Made by a program: the position numbers and the translations under genes
Shown: positions 49,110-61,163 of the stretch, piece by piece
Layout: each line of letters opens with the position of its first letter
How positions within the stretch are numbered: the first letter of the stretch is position 1
The notes under the pieces: generated by a model
Database searches by the model: none
What the model was told of the DNA's origin: nothing
The model's input: the letters and a program-made list of their open reading frames with translations, nothing else
From: Centroscyllium fabricii
Lineage: Eukaryota
Direction: 5' to 3'
Length of the DNA: 64,000 nt
Assembly (NCBI GenBank): GCA_051313645.2
Contig: JBNRSN020000107.1
Span: forward strand, 2,232,001 to 2,296,000

Positions 49110-50170
49110 TAAGAGCAGGAATCGGCCATTTGGCCCTTTGAGCCCGCTCCGCCATTCAATGAGATTACGGCTGATCTTCTACCTCAGCTCTACCTTCCCA
49201 CATATCCCCATATCCTGATTCCCAAAAATCTATCGACCTGTCTTGAATATACTCAACGACTGAGCATCCACAACTCGCTGGGTAGAGAATTCCAAAGATT
49301 CACAACCCTATGAGTGAAGAAATTCCTCATTGCAGTCCTAAATGGCCAACTGCTTATCTGAGACTGTCCCCTCATGTTCTAGGTTCCCCAGCCAGGGGAA
49401 ACATTTTCCCAGCATTAACCCGGTCAAGCCCCTTAAGAATTGTATGTTTCCATTAGATCACCTCTCATTCTTGTAAACTCTAAGGAATATAGGCCTGGTC
49501 GACTCAATCTCTCTTCATAGGGCAGGAACCAGTCTACTGAACCTTCGCTGCACTCCCTCCAAGGCAAGTATGTCTTTCCTTAGGTAAGACCACCAGAACT
49601 GTAGACAGTACTTAAGGCGTGGCGTCACCAATGCCCTGTTACTACCTATAATTGTAAGACTTCTTTACTCTTATTAGGTCTAATCCCAATTGCTTGCTGT
49701 ACCTGCATGTTAACTTTGTGATTCATGAACAAGGACACCCAGATCCCTCTGAACACCAACATTTCCCAGTCTCTCACCATTCAAAAACTATTCTGCTTTT
49801 TTGTTTTTCCTCCCAAAGTAGATAACTTCACACTTCCTACATTGTATTCCATTTGCCACAAGAAATAGGAGCGGGAATAGGCCACTTGGCCCCTCGAGCC
49901 TGCTCCGCCATTCAATAAGGCCATGTTTGTGCCCAGTCAGTCAGTCATTCATTCATTCAGTATCTCTCTGCAGCCTCTTTGCGTTCTCCTTACAGCTTAC
50001 TTTCTCACCTAGCTTTGCATCAGCAGCAAACTTGGATACGTTACACTCAGTCCCTCATCTATGTCATTAATACCCTGCTAGTTACAGCCTGCCAACCCAA
50101 AAAAGTCCAGTTTATTCAGACTCTTATCCATTAACCAATCCTCAATCTAATCCAACATATTACCCCCAAT
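49110..50170 (-). mobile_element. Decayed CR1 LINE 3' part
   Basis: Reverse-complement CR1 RT/C-terminal sequence and tail, heavily mutated. Confidence 0.7.
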
Positions 50171-50658
50171 CCCACTGGGGAAAGAGCAGTGAGAGTGGGA
50201 CTAACTGGACAGCTCTTCGAAAGAGCTAGCACGGACTCGATGGGCCGAATGGCTGGAGCGGTGAACTTATTAGCATTTATAAAAAGTGGCTGCTCTATAA
50301 CTGAGAAACAGCCCTGCCTCTTCATAGGAGCTTTGCATCACCTCCAAGTTATTGCCAATTCAAAAAGCAGTCCGCTGTAAGGAAAGAAAATTAGTAATAG
50401 ATTAAAATTATGTACCCTTCCTAAAGTGTGCTAAAAGCTGCAGGATCTTGCTCTAGAAATTCAGATAATACAGATAGCTGCAGAACAACGAACTGGTTAT
50501 TGGCTGGGGCTTTACAGGACTCAGGAGGACGTGGTCATGTTCAACTTGGTCCAGTAGAACACATTTCTTGGGCAAGCTCTGTACGATTTCCCTCGAATCA
50601 AACACGCTCGGCTCAGCTCCGGTGGCGGCCCGGGGTGGGGGAAAGTGTGTGAAGGATA

Positions 50659-51005
50659 GGGCGGCACGGTGGCATAGTGGTTTGCACTGTTGCCTCACAG
50701 CGCCAGGGGCCCGGGTTCAAATCCAGCCTCAGGTGACTATCTGTGTGGAGTTTGCACATTCTCCCCATGTCTGCGTGTGGAGTTTGCACATTCTCCCCAT
50801 GTCTGCGTGGGTTTCCTCCGGGTGCTCTGGTTTCCTCCCACAGTCCAAAGATGTGCGGGTTAGGTTGATTGGCCAGGATAAATTGACCCTTAGTGTTAGG
50901 GCGATTGAATGTGTGGGGTTACGGGGATAGGGTGGGATGTGTGTCGGTGCAGGCTCGATGGGCCGAAATGGCCTCTATCTGCACTGTAGGGATTCTATGA
51001 TTCTA
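50659..51005 (+). mobile_element. HE1-type SINE
   Basis: A/B-box tRNA head, central domain with a short internal duplication, tail (ATTCTATG)n. Confidence 0.88.
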
Positions 51006-51329
51006 AGTGAAGAACACCCCCCAGCATTCCTTAATCATTACAATGATGAAACGGCTGGAATTCGATGGTGATATTTATGTAGTTCATAGCCAGTTCCATC
51101 TGGAAGATGCACCTTACCTGCTACAAAGGCAGCTCAACAACTGAAGTGTGTCATCTTCAAATTACTCAAGGGCAATAAATGCTGGCCTTGCCAGCGACAC
51201 CCAAATTCCCATAACTGAATAGTAAAATTAAAAAATAAGTGCCAGAGTTGAGTTTCTAGTGCTATTACTTTCAATGGACTTCCTCTTACTGAGAGCATTC
51301 TGTTCACAGGAACATAAAACAGTAAAATA

Positions 51330-53950
51330 TTAACCATCAATAAAAAGGTTGGGATGGGAATAGGGCCATTATGGGATAGACATGATAATACCACAGGTAA
51401 CGATAGAGAGACGGCAGAAATATTAAATAATTACTTTGCTTCAGTATTTACCAGGGAGATGGAACAGGTGGACCGGACATCAGATGATGAGATTAGTGCA
51501 TTTAAAATAAAGAGAGGGGATATGTAAAATAAATTAATCAAACTCAAAGAGGATAAAACCCCTTGCATCCACACATTTAAAAATAATCTAGGGAATAGAT
51601 AGCAGAGGCATTACTACACATTTAATAATTCATTAGAAAAAGGTATAGTGCCAGAGGACTGGCAGAGAGCTAACAGAATACAGGTACACAACCCTATCCG
51701 AAAACCTCGGGACCGGGCGGGTATCGGTTTTCGGATAATTTCGGTTTTTAGAGTTGGCTCAGTGCGCATGCGCATTGCAGTGTTTGTGGCCCAGTTAGCA
51801 GTCGGAATATATACGAAATATCCACGAAAATAACTTTACCAAACATGACATTTACCAACATACAACGACAGTCCCTTTTCAATTAGTTTTAAACAAAGCG
51901 CAGAATCGTAGAGTTATGTACTGATTCTCCCACAGGCCCGGGAATATAGACAATTCATTCGGAGGAATATCCGTGTCGTACCTTGGTGGAAAGATTACAC
52001 AAGTGAAACCGCGGGTTGTGGTGAGCAGGACCGGTGACGCGGGCCGCGCAGCTGGGACAATCGTTGCCAGGGAGACGCATAGCCTCGGCTCACATGGCGC
52101 GAGTGCGCGCACTCTACAAGCGGGAACGGCATATCGGCCACAAGAACAGAAAACGCTGGAGAAACTCAGCAGGCCAGGCAGCATTGGTGGAGAGAGGAGC
52201 AGAGTTGACGTTTCAGGCATATCGGCCGTTTGGAACAGGAGATCGGCCGTTTTTTCCTGATGTGGAGGTGCCGGTGTTGGACTGGGGTGGACAAATGTAA
52301 GAAGTCACACAACACCAGGTTATAGTCCAACAGTTTTATTTGAAATCACAAGCTTTCGGAGCGCGGCTCCTTCCTCAGCACGGCATCAACAGCACGAACT
52401 CGAGGTAAAAACATATTTTTTCTGCTGCAGCTGGTCATTTCCTTCAATTTATTTAAGAAAAAAATGGTTATTTTGGCACAACCCTGGACTTCGGTTTTTG
52501 GAGTTGCGGATAAAGGATTGTGTACCTGTACCGATATTGAAGAAGGGGGATAGAACATGTCCAGAGAATTATTGACCAGTCAGCTTAACATCGGTGGTTG
52601 GAAAAATAATGGAATCCCTACTAAAGGAGAAAATCGAAGAACATTTAGAAACGATAATAATGAATAGTCAGCGTGGATTTCCAAAAGGGAAAACCTTACT
52701 TGACCAACCTTACTGAATTTTTTGAAGAGGTAACAGAGAGAGTAGACAAGGGTAATGCAGTAGATGTAATTTATCTGGATTTTCAAAAGGCTTTTGATAA
52801 GGTACCCCATAATAGACTGGTGAACAAGGTCAGAGAATGTGGAGTCAGGGGACAAGTAGCAGAATGGATTGCTGGCTGGCTTCAGGACAGAAAGCAGAGA
52901 GTAGGAGTAAAGGGTAGCTATTCACCGTGGCAGAAGGTGGGTAGTGGTGTTCCACAAGGATCAGTGCTGGGACCACTGCTGTTCACAATTTACATTAACG
53001 ATTTAGATTTGGGAATCAAAAACACAATTTCTAAATTTGCAGATACCACCAAAAACATTTTGGGGGGGGGGGGAAATAGTCGATACCGAGGAGGATTGCA
53101 ACAAATTACAGGAGGACGTTTATAAACTTGCAAAATGGGCAAATAATTGGTAAATGAAGTTCAATGCAAAAATAATGTGAGGTATTACATTTTGGTAGTA
53201 GGGTGGTCACTTATCGCTTGGAGGTGCAAGTCTAGGTTGGGTAGAGGAGCAAAGGGATCTCGGAGTACAAATACACAAATCACTAAAAGTTGCAACACAG
53301 GTTAGCAAGGCCATAAAAAAAGGCAAACCAAGCACTAGGGTTTATTTCTAGAGGTATAGAATTGTAAAGTAGGGAAGTTATGCTAAACCTGTATCGAACC
53401 TTGGTTAGACCAGACTTGGAGCACTGCGTACAGTTCTGGTCTCCATATTATAAAAAGGATATAGAGGCACTGGAGAGGGTGCAGAGAAGATTTAGAAGTA
53501 TGTTACCAGAAATGCATATTAGGAAAGGATGAACAGGCTGGGTCTCTTTTGAAAAAAGACTGAGGGGTGACCTAATAGAGATCTTTAAAATTATGAAAGG
53601 TTTTGATAGAGTGGATCCAGAGAGAGTGTTTCCACTTGTGGGGAAGAGCAAAACTAGAGGCCATCAATATAAGATAGTGACCAAGAAATGCAATGGGGAA
53701 TTCAGGAGAAACTTCTTTCCCCAGAGAGTGGTGAGAATGTGGAACTCGCTCCCACAGGGAGCGGTTGAGGCGAATAATATCGATACATTTAAGGAGAATT
53801 TAGATGAGGGAGACGGGAATTGAGTGTTCTACTGATAGGTTGAGATGAGGAAGGATGGGAGGAGGCTCGAGTGGAGCATCAATGCCGGCGTGGACTGGTT
53901 GGGCCGAATGGTCTATTTCTGTGCCGTATAGTCGATGTAATTCCATGTAA
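51330..53950 (+). mobile_element. Decayed CR1 LINE (same family as 1-9445), split by the 51681-52528 element
   Basis: Collinear with 1030-1745 and 6160-9440; [25 protein letters not shown]. Confidence 0.88.
51681..52528. mobile_element. pogo/Tigger4-like element with composite cargo
   Basis: TIRs CAGGTACACAA...TATCCG, TA duplication; the sister CR1 at ~1405-1420 shows the empty site gtaaTAccgata. Confidence 0.88.
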
Positions 53951-54868
53951 CATGAATCATGCATCCTGTGAATCAGCCATTATTGCCCTCCTGTTGCTCA
54001 ATGGTTGAGGAGAATAGTATCGATGCATTTAAGGGGAGGCTGGATAAACAAATGAGGGAGAAGAGAATAGAGGGTTACGCTGAGAGAGTTAGATGAGGAA
54101 AGACAGGCAGAGACTAGAGTGGAGCATAAACGCTGGCGTGGACTGGTTTCTGTGCCGTATATCCCGTGTAATCCTATGGATACTGCAATCAATGTTCCTC
54201 CCCAACATGAATCGGGAAGTCCTGCGCAGGGCGCTCACCAGCTGTTACCATACATAAAAAAAATAGGGGACATTGATCAGCATGAATCACTCAGAGGAGG
54301 CGGCGGCAGCTTTAAAATAGGGGACATTGACCAGCATGAATCACTTGTGGGTAGAGTAGCAAAGAATAGCAGGGAACCCCGTTGAGGTGGCTAAAGTAAA
54401 ATCAGGACAAACTGTTTCCACTGGCAGGAGCCTCGGTAACCAGAGGACACAAAGGTGATTGGCAAATGAACCAGCACGGAGAGAGAGAAATAATGTGCAG
54501 CAAGTTGTTGTGACCTGGAACGCGCTGCCTGAAAGGGCGCTGGAAACAGATTCAATAACTTTCAAAAGGGAATTGGATAAATACTCGAAGGGGGTAAAGA
54601 ATTGGAGTGTTATGGGAAAAGAGCGAGGAGTGGGGCTAATTGGAGCGTGGTTTCAAAGAGCTGGCACAGGCAGGATGGGCCGAGTGGCCTCCTCCTGCGC
54701 TGCATGATTCTACAAACAGTGGGGAAGGCAGGCAGAACAATAAACAGGCAACTGTCAGGAGGGGAAGAAAAGAAACGGGAGATGTGTTCCAAGTGTGGCC
54801 AGACAGGTAAACCCCAAAGTTACTGGGTATCCAGTGTGAATGCTACAGCGCATCGGCATTATACTGAC

Positions 54869-55023
54869 CGTGATGATACGCAGGTTAGCATCTTCAGGCT
54901 CCAGTGGGTAGGCACTGGTGCATTGCAGAAAGCAAAACTTGGTGTTGATGGGCTTCACAGTTTTGTAAACTTTTCTCATTGTTTCCATGCTCTGCATCCC
55001 ACTGGAGATAACCATCGGGCGGC
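54869..55023 (-). CDS. NANS: NANS coding exon 4
   Basis: 155 nt after an 85-nt intron; (G)RPMVISSGMQSMETMRKVYKTVKPINTKFCFLQCTSAYPLEPEDANLRIIT|gtcagt. Confidence 0.95.
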
Positions 55024-55108
55024 CTGACCACACAAAGAAACAAAAGTCAGTACAAGCGGAAACTGAATTGATGGAATGCAAGTGGAGAATGACTGCAGCT
55101 TTGGTTAC

Positions 55109-55208
55109 CTTTCTTGGCAGCTTTTTGCAAATATAGAAAGTTATTTGTGTCCAAAGAGCCAACTTTGAAGAAAGGCACATTCAGTTCATGAAGGAATTCA
55201 ACCGCCAT
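55109..55208 (-). CDS. NANS: NANS coding exon 3
   Basis: 100 nt, gattgcag|ATGGCG...AAGAAAG|gtaacc; MAVEFLHELNVPFFKVGSLDTNNFLYLQKAAKK(G). Confidence 0.95.
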
Positions 55209-57289
55209 CTGCAATCAGAGCAAGATTCAGCCTGCCAGTCGCACAAATTTTGATCATCTTCAAAGCTTTTATCTTTCACTCTTAACATTTTGCTACTTAT
55301 CTGGATGTCCTGCTGCATCTTTCCATTTCTAGACTTCCTTATCGCTTGCTTGCTAACTTTTTCCTTTCTTTTAACTCATTTCAACAATCTTGATTCCAGT
55401 CTGTGCCTAGTGCAAATACTCAAAGAATGAAATTATCCAGTGAACAGAACAGGTTAAAGCTTCAACGGGGATGAACAAAGAGGGTACAGTTAGAGTTAAC
55501 CAGAAAGGTTCACGGGTGTAACAGCTGACGGAATAACACACTGACAAGTGGACGAGAGCTACATCCTGCCAGAGTGCAGTTGAGCACAGCGCCACCAACC
55601 TCTTCTACAGTTTAAAAAAAAAATTATCCATTGATGGGATGTGGGCGTTGCTGGCTGGCTAGGCCTGCATTTAGTGCCCATCCCTAATTGCCCTTGAGAA
55701 GATGGTGGTGAGCCGCCTTCTTGAACCGCTGCAGTCTTATTGTTTTTCGTAGCGGTTGTTTACAACTGAGTGGCTCGCTGGGCCATTTCAGAGGGCATTA
55801 AGAGTCAACCACATTGCGGTGGGTCTGGAGTCACACGTAGGCCAGACCAGGTAAGGACGGCAGATTTCCTTCCCTAAAGGACATTAGTGAACCAGATGGG
55901 TTTTTGCAACAATCGACAATGGCATCATGGTCACCATTACTAAGACTAACATTTAATTCCAGAATGAAATTGAATTGAATTTAAATTCCACCAGCTGCCG
56001 CGGTGGGAATTGAACCCATATCCTCAGAGCATTTGACTGAGCCTCTGGCTTACTAGTCTAGTGACATAACCACTACGCCACCGCCTCCCCGATGCTTCTT
56101 GAAAGTTGAGCAGGATGAGCAAAAGGGCTATGCAGTCCTACATTTAATTGTGGGGAGGTGGGGGGTGCAGAGGAGTCAAGCAAAAGGGTATAAAGTCAGC
56201 TGAAGCAGAACTGTAACACTGCAGTCAGATTCGAGACTCAGCTGTGTTAGACACAAAAAAATGCATTTCTCTCCCCTCAACCCTCGAAGATCTAACAGAG
56301 GTGATTATGATTAAAGACGTTAATAGGGCAGATAGAGAGAAACTATTACCTCTGGTTTGGGGGGGGGGGGGGGGGGGGGGGCGTGGTGGAAAGAGTCCAG
56401 AACAAAAGGGAACCACCTTAAAATTTGAGCCAGGCCGTTGAGGGGTGATGTCAGGAAGGGTTTCTTCACACAAAGGGTGGTGGAAATCGGGAGCTCTCCC
56501 CAAAAGGTTGTAGATACTGGGGTACAATTCAAAATTTCAAAACTGAGATGAACAGCTTTTTGTTGGGTATGGAGGGCTACAGAACCAAGGCGGGTGGGTG
56601 GAGTTAAGATACAGATCAGCCCTGATCTAATTAAACGTTGGAACTGGCTCAAAGAGCCGAATGGCCTCCTCCTGTTCCTATGGACAATAAACAGCATCAT
56701 ACTCAAAACCTCTCTTTTTAAGTTACATGTAAACTCTGCTGTCCATGGAAGAACCTGGAGGGCAGTTTATAAATACAGAGAACAAAAATCCTCGAGATCC
56801 TGAGAGACAAATGGCTATCGTAGCGTTGCTGGACATCTGCTGTGGTTACCTCATTTGATCAAATGTTTGATTTACTGGTGTCCTGATAATTAAGGGCCAA
56901 TTTCCAGAGAACATGCTGCTGCTGGGGAGCCTTCCTCAACAAAACTGTTGTGCTGGTCTCAGTATTTTATGGAAAACCAGAGCAGTACACTTAGTGTGTC
57001 GATGTGTGTGGTCAGCAGGCACTGGTGCCCGCTACAAGACAGAAACATCAGCCCTTGTGAATGTTGAGGAAACGTCGAACAAGGTTTGCACCTCGCAATC
57101 CCTTTTTTCTCCCCCCACCCCTCGAAGATTAAGGGGTGATCTAACGGAGGTGATTATGATTAAAGACCACCTTAAAATTTGAGCCAGGCCATTGAGGGGT
57201 GATGTCAGGAAGGGTTTCTTCACACAAAGGGTGATGGAAATCGGGAGCTCTCCCCAAAAGGTTGTGGATACTGGCGTACAATTCAAAAT

Positions 57290-57685
57290 GGCGGCACGGT
57301 GGTTAGCACTGTTGCCTCACAGCGCTAGAGACCCGGGTTCAAATCCAGCCTCGGGTACTATGTGTGGAGTTTGCACATTCTCCCCGTGTCTGCGTGGGTT
57401 TCCTCCGGGTGCTCCGGTTTCCTCCCACATTCCAAAGATGTGTGGGTCAGGTTGATTGGCCAGGATAAATTGACCCTTAGTGTTAGGGGGATTAAATATG
57501 TGGGCTTACGGGGTTAGGGTGGGATATGTGTCGGTGCAGGCTCGATAGGGATCGAGGGATATGGGGACAAGGCAGGGACAGGGTACTGAGTTTGGATGAT
57601 CAGCCATGATCTCATTGAATGGCGGAGCAGGCTCGAGGGGCCGAATGGCCGACTCCTGCTCCTATCTTCTATGTTTCTATGTTTT
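57290..57685 (+). mobile_element. HE1-type SINE with CR1/HER1-derived tail
   Basis: Same structure as 38190-38578. Confidence 0.85.
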
Positions 57686-57836
57686 TGTACCCAACCCATA
57701 TTTAGATTTCCAAGTGCCGTGAAGAGATGGAGCTTGCTACCATGACCAGAGGCTCCCTTCCCTCTGACCTTGTACAAAACCCGATTTAAAAAAATCTATA
57801 TTTCAGGGCACCTTAAACCTAAAAATTAGAACATAC

Positions 57837-58052
57837 CTCGTCCATGCCTGATGCTGTGAAGAAGATGCCAACTTCTTGTGCAAATTTGTAGAGTTCCTTA
57901 TACTGCTCGTGATTGAACTCCAGGTGGCGCTTGTGATCTCCGTAGGTGACGCCCCACGAGTGTTTGGATGGGTAAGGCTTTTCTAAAGCTTTCTTGTTAA
58001 ATTTGTACTCCAACTCACTCTTTTGGAACTTTGCACAGTCTGCCCCACATTC
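57837..58052 (-). CDS. NANS: N-acetylneuraminate-9-phosphate synthase, coding exon 2
   Basis: 216 nt with AG/GT boundaries; ECGADCAKFQKSELEYKFNKKALEKPYPSKHSWGVTYGDHKRHLEFNHEQYKELYKFAQEVGIFFTASGMDE. Confidence 0.95.
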
Positions 58053-60393
58053 CTACAGAGAAACACAGATACAGCATAGATTCACAAAACAACACTCTTT
58101 CAAAAATCTGTGCAATTCCAATACCGGCAGGAATTTGTAAAAGAAAAGACTATCGTGTCTTTCACGACCTCAGGATGTTCCAAAGCGCTTCACGGCCAAT
58201 GAAGTACTTTTGAAGCAGAGTCACTGAATGTAGGACATGCTGCAGCAAAATATTGTGTTAATGACCAGATAATCTGTTTCGGTGATGTTGTTTGAGGGAT
58301 ATATATTGGCCAGGACACCAGGGAAAACGACCCTGCTCTTCAAAAAGTGCCGTGGGATCTTTTACTTCACTTGAAAGGACAGACGGGGCTTTGGTTTAAT
58401 GTCTCTTTAACCCACAACCTTCTGATTCAGGAGAGAGTGCTACCCACTTAGTCACGGCTTAAAAAACCTAACTAGTAATAATAGTTAGGTAGGTACTATT
58501 GCTGTTAAGTACTGATCAATCCCCAGTGGCATTTCACAAGGACTGTAGGCCGGTCATGGTCTTCAGATGAAGCAGGGCTAGAGGTCACATGATAACTTGA
58601 CCAGCGGGCACATGATAACTTGACCAGGGTACACAGGCAATTCAGCACCTATTTGAAAGTCATACAGTCGGTCCTCATTTTTATAGACACACTTCAATTT
58701 TACATTATTTATAGTCAAATAGCAAAACTGGCAGCAATTTGCAATGCAGAGTGGTAGAGTGGGCTGGGATACAGGAGTTTCTCTCCAGTGCCGGGATTTT
58801 GAGCTGTTCCAAGATGGACAAGCATCCCTTATTTTGGAGATGGACCTATGTGTCCAAACAGCAGAGTTAGGAGGACTCATGGGTGAGCAACATGAAAAAC
58901 CAAGTTTATTTGCAACAGAACTGTACAAGTAAATGTAACAATGGAGAGACAGATACACATATATAAATCTTATATATTGTATGCACTTCCTGGTCTGAAA
59001 ATCTTACTCCCGCATTACATGGTGTTATTTTGAGTTATTTTCACATCAACATTTAACGGTACAACTGCCTACACGTAACAAAATCAAAGCCAGCATGTCA
59101 CTGTTTATAAACCAACTGAACGTCACAATGCTTTTAGGAAACATGAAACATCAACCACTATTTCTTCTTCAGCAACTAAGATTTCTACATGTCCAAAACA
59201 AGGTTATTTTTTTTTAAAGATTCTATGGAGTGAGTTGTATCCTAAGCCGCCCATTATGAACAGTCGTGGACAGTAACGCTGAGCTCTCCAAGAGGCTCCT
59301 TAAAACCTGCCTTTGAGCTAGCTTTGTCTCACTTGCCCCAATACTGTGTCGCTCACTGTCAAATTTGGTCTGAATTACACTCCTGTGAAGCACCCGGGGG
59401 TGTTTCTAACATTAAAGGCACTATATAAATGCAAATTGTTGTCTTGCTCATGACCTGTCTCATGCAGAATTGAGCAGGTACCAGAGAATTGCCAGAATCT
59501 GCTGAGTCCTGTCGCAGCAAGAATCAAGTGCCTTTGGGTGAGGAGGAGAAAATTGGAATTTCCATTTTTGGGGAAAGTTGAGGGTTTTGCCCACAGAATT
59601 GGTGATAGCAGTGCTGTGATCATTTCCATCCCCCAGCAAGAAGAGGTCTCTCTCTCTCTGACTAATCACCAAGACTAATTAATGCTCTAACTGACTCCCC
59701 CGCTATTACCATGCACTCAAAGCGTACAATGCTGGACTCGATGGTGGCTCAGCTGCCAAGGACAATCGAGCTCCTAGATTCAATCTCCACGATGTGCGGA
59801 GTTAACTGATCTGACCCGAGGGGGCAGTGGAAACTCTACACGTCACAATCACTGCTCCTACTCCCCGCTGAGGCAGCAGGTGCTGGGAATGGTTCTGTTT
59901 TTCTTCCAGAGTCTTTTCTTCCGAGTCAGAAGGTTGTGGGTTCAAGTCAAACTCCAGAGCAGAGCACAAAAATCTAGGCCGACACTCGGGGCCGTACTGA
60001 GGGAGCGCCAATACAGTCAAGAGTGGCCGTCTTTCAGATGAGACGGTAAACAGACATCTGCTCTCTGGTGGACGTATCTGTTTCGAAGAAGCACAGAGGA
60101 GTTCTCGCCGGTGTCCTGGCCAATATTTATCCCTCAATCAACATGTCTAAAAACAGATTATTTAGTCATTATCACATTTGTGGGAGCTTGCTGTGCAGAA
60201 ATTGGCTGCTGTGTTTCCTACATTACAACAGTGACCACACGTCCAAAAGTACTTCATTGGCTGTGAAGCGCTTTGGGACGTCCCAAGGTCATGAAAGGCG
60301 CTATAGAAAGGAAAGTCTTTTTTAGGGAGATACTGATAGATGGAGACAGACCATATTCAAACAGACAACAAATCAGACATAGGCGACCACATT

Positions 60394-61163
60394 GGCCCAG
60401 AAATACCCGTCATCGCATATCGGGTTTAAGCTCTGCGAGCGCACCAGAGCTTAAACCCGCAGGAAGCAGCCGGCGCGCACGTTTCGGGACTTCCTGTACC
60501 ACCCAGCAGGGGGGGGGGGGGGGTCGCTGCTTCCTGCGAGGTCCAGCACAGGAAGCAGCGAACTACGGGAGCGCACAGACTTCCTGATGTTTTTTTTAAC
60601 TTTCTCTACGGACCAAGAGAAGAAAATTCAACGCTGGAAAAAAGGAGTCGTTAACACCCGTTTTCATCTGGTAAGTGTGTATTTTATTGATTTTAATAGT
60701 TGTTTTTTCAGGTTTTTAATTGTTGATAACTTTAAAGACAGGTAAGTATTTTTTTAGACCTGTTGGAAGTGAAAAAAAAATTCTGCAAATTTTTATTTTT
60801 TCTTTAAAATAGGTTATTTGTGTTAGTTGGGGTAATGTTTAAAAAATGTGGTGTTTGTAAAATTTTATTTTTGTGTTTAGATGTCTTTTGAGAATCTCTC
60901 CATTCAAAACTCGCACAGATTTCTCTGTGGAAGTTTTGAACGGAGAATTGCTTCCACTGATTGGCTCCCTGCCAATCACGTGGTCTCAAAAGCCAGCTCG
61001 CACTAATTACGCCCTTCAGATGCCCATCAAACTCGCACGGAGCACTGACAGGCTGGGCTAACGGGAATTTCTCAGTGCAAAAAAGCAAAACTGAATATGG
61101 GCAATTAAAGTGCGTTAAGCAGGTACTGCACCCGCACGAAGGCTCCACTGCAATTTCTGGGCC
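60394..61163. mobile_element. Harbinger-like non-autonomous element
   Basis: TIRs GGCCCAGAAAT ... ATTTCTGGGCC; absent from the paralogous sequence at ~40440. Confidence 0.75.

Noticed and set aside
50659-50735. tRNA gene (also ~57290 and ~38500-38578)
   Set aside because: These are tRNA-derived heads continuous with SINE bodies and tails.
56260-57290. Duplicated segments as a structured element (also ~53820-54180)
   Set aside because: They are local duplications of decayed CR1 3' fragments with no further organisation.
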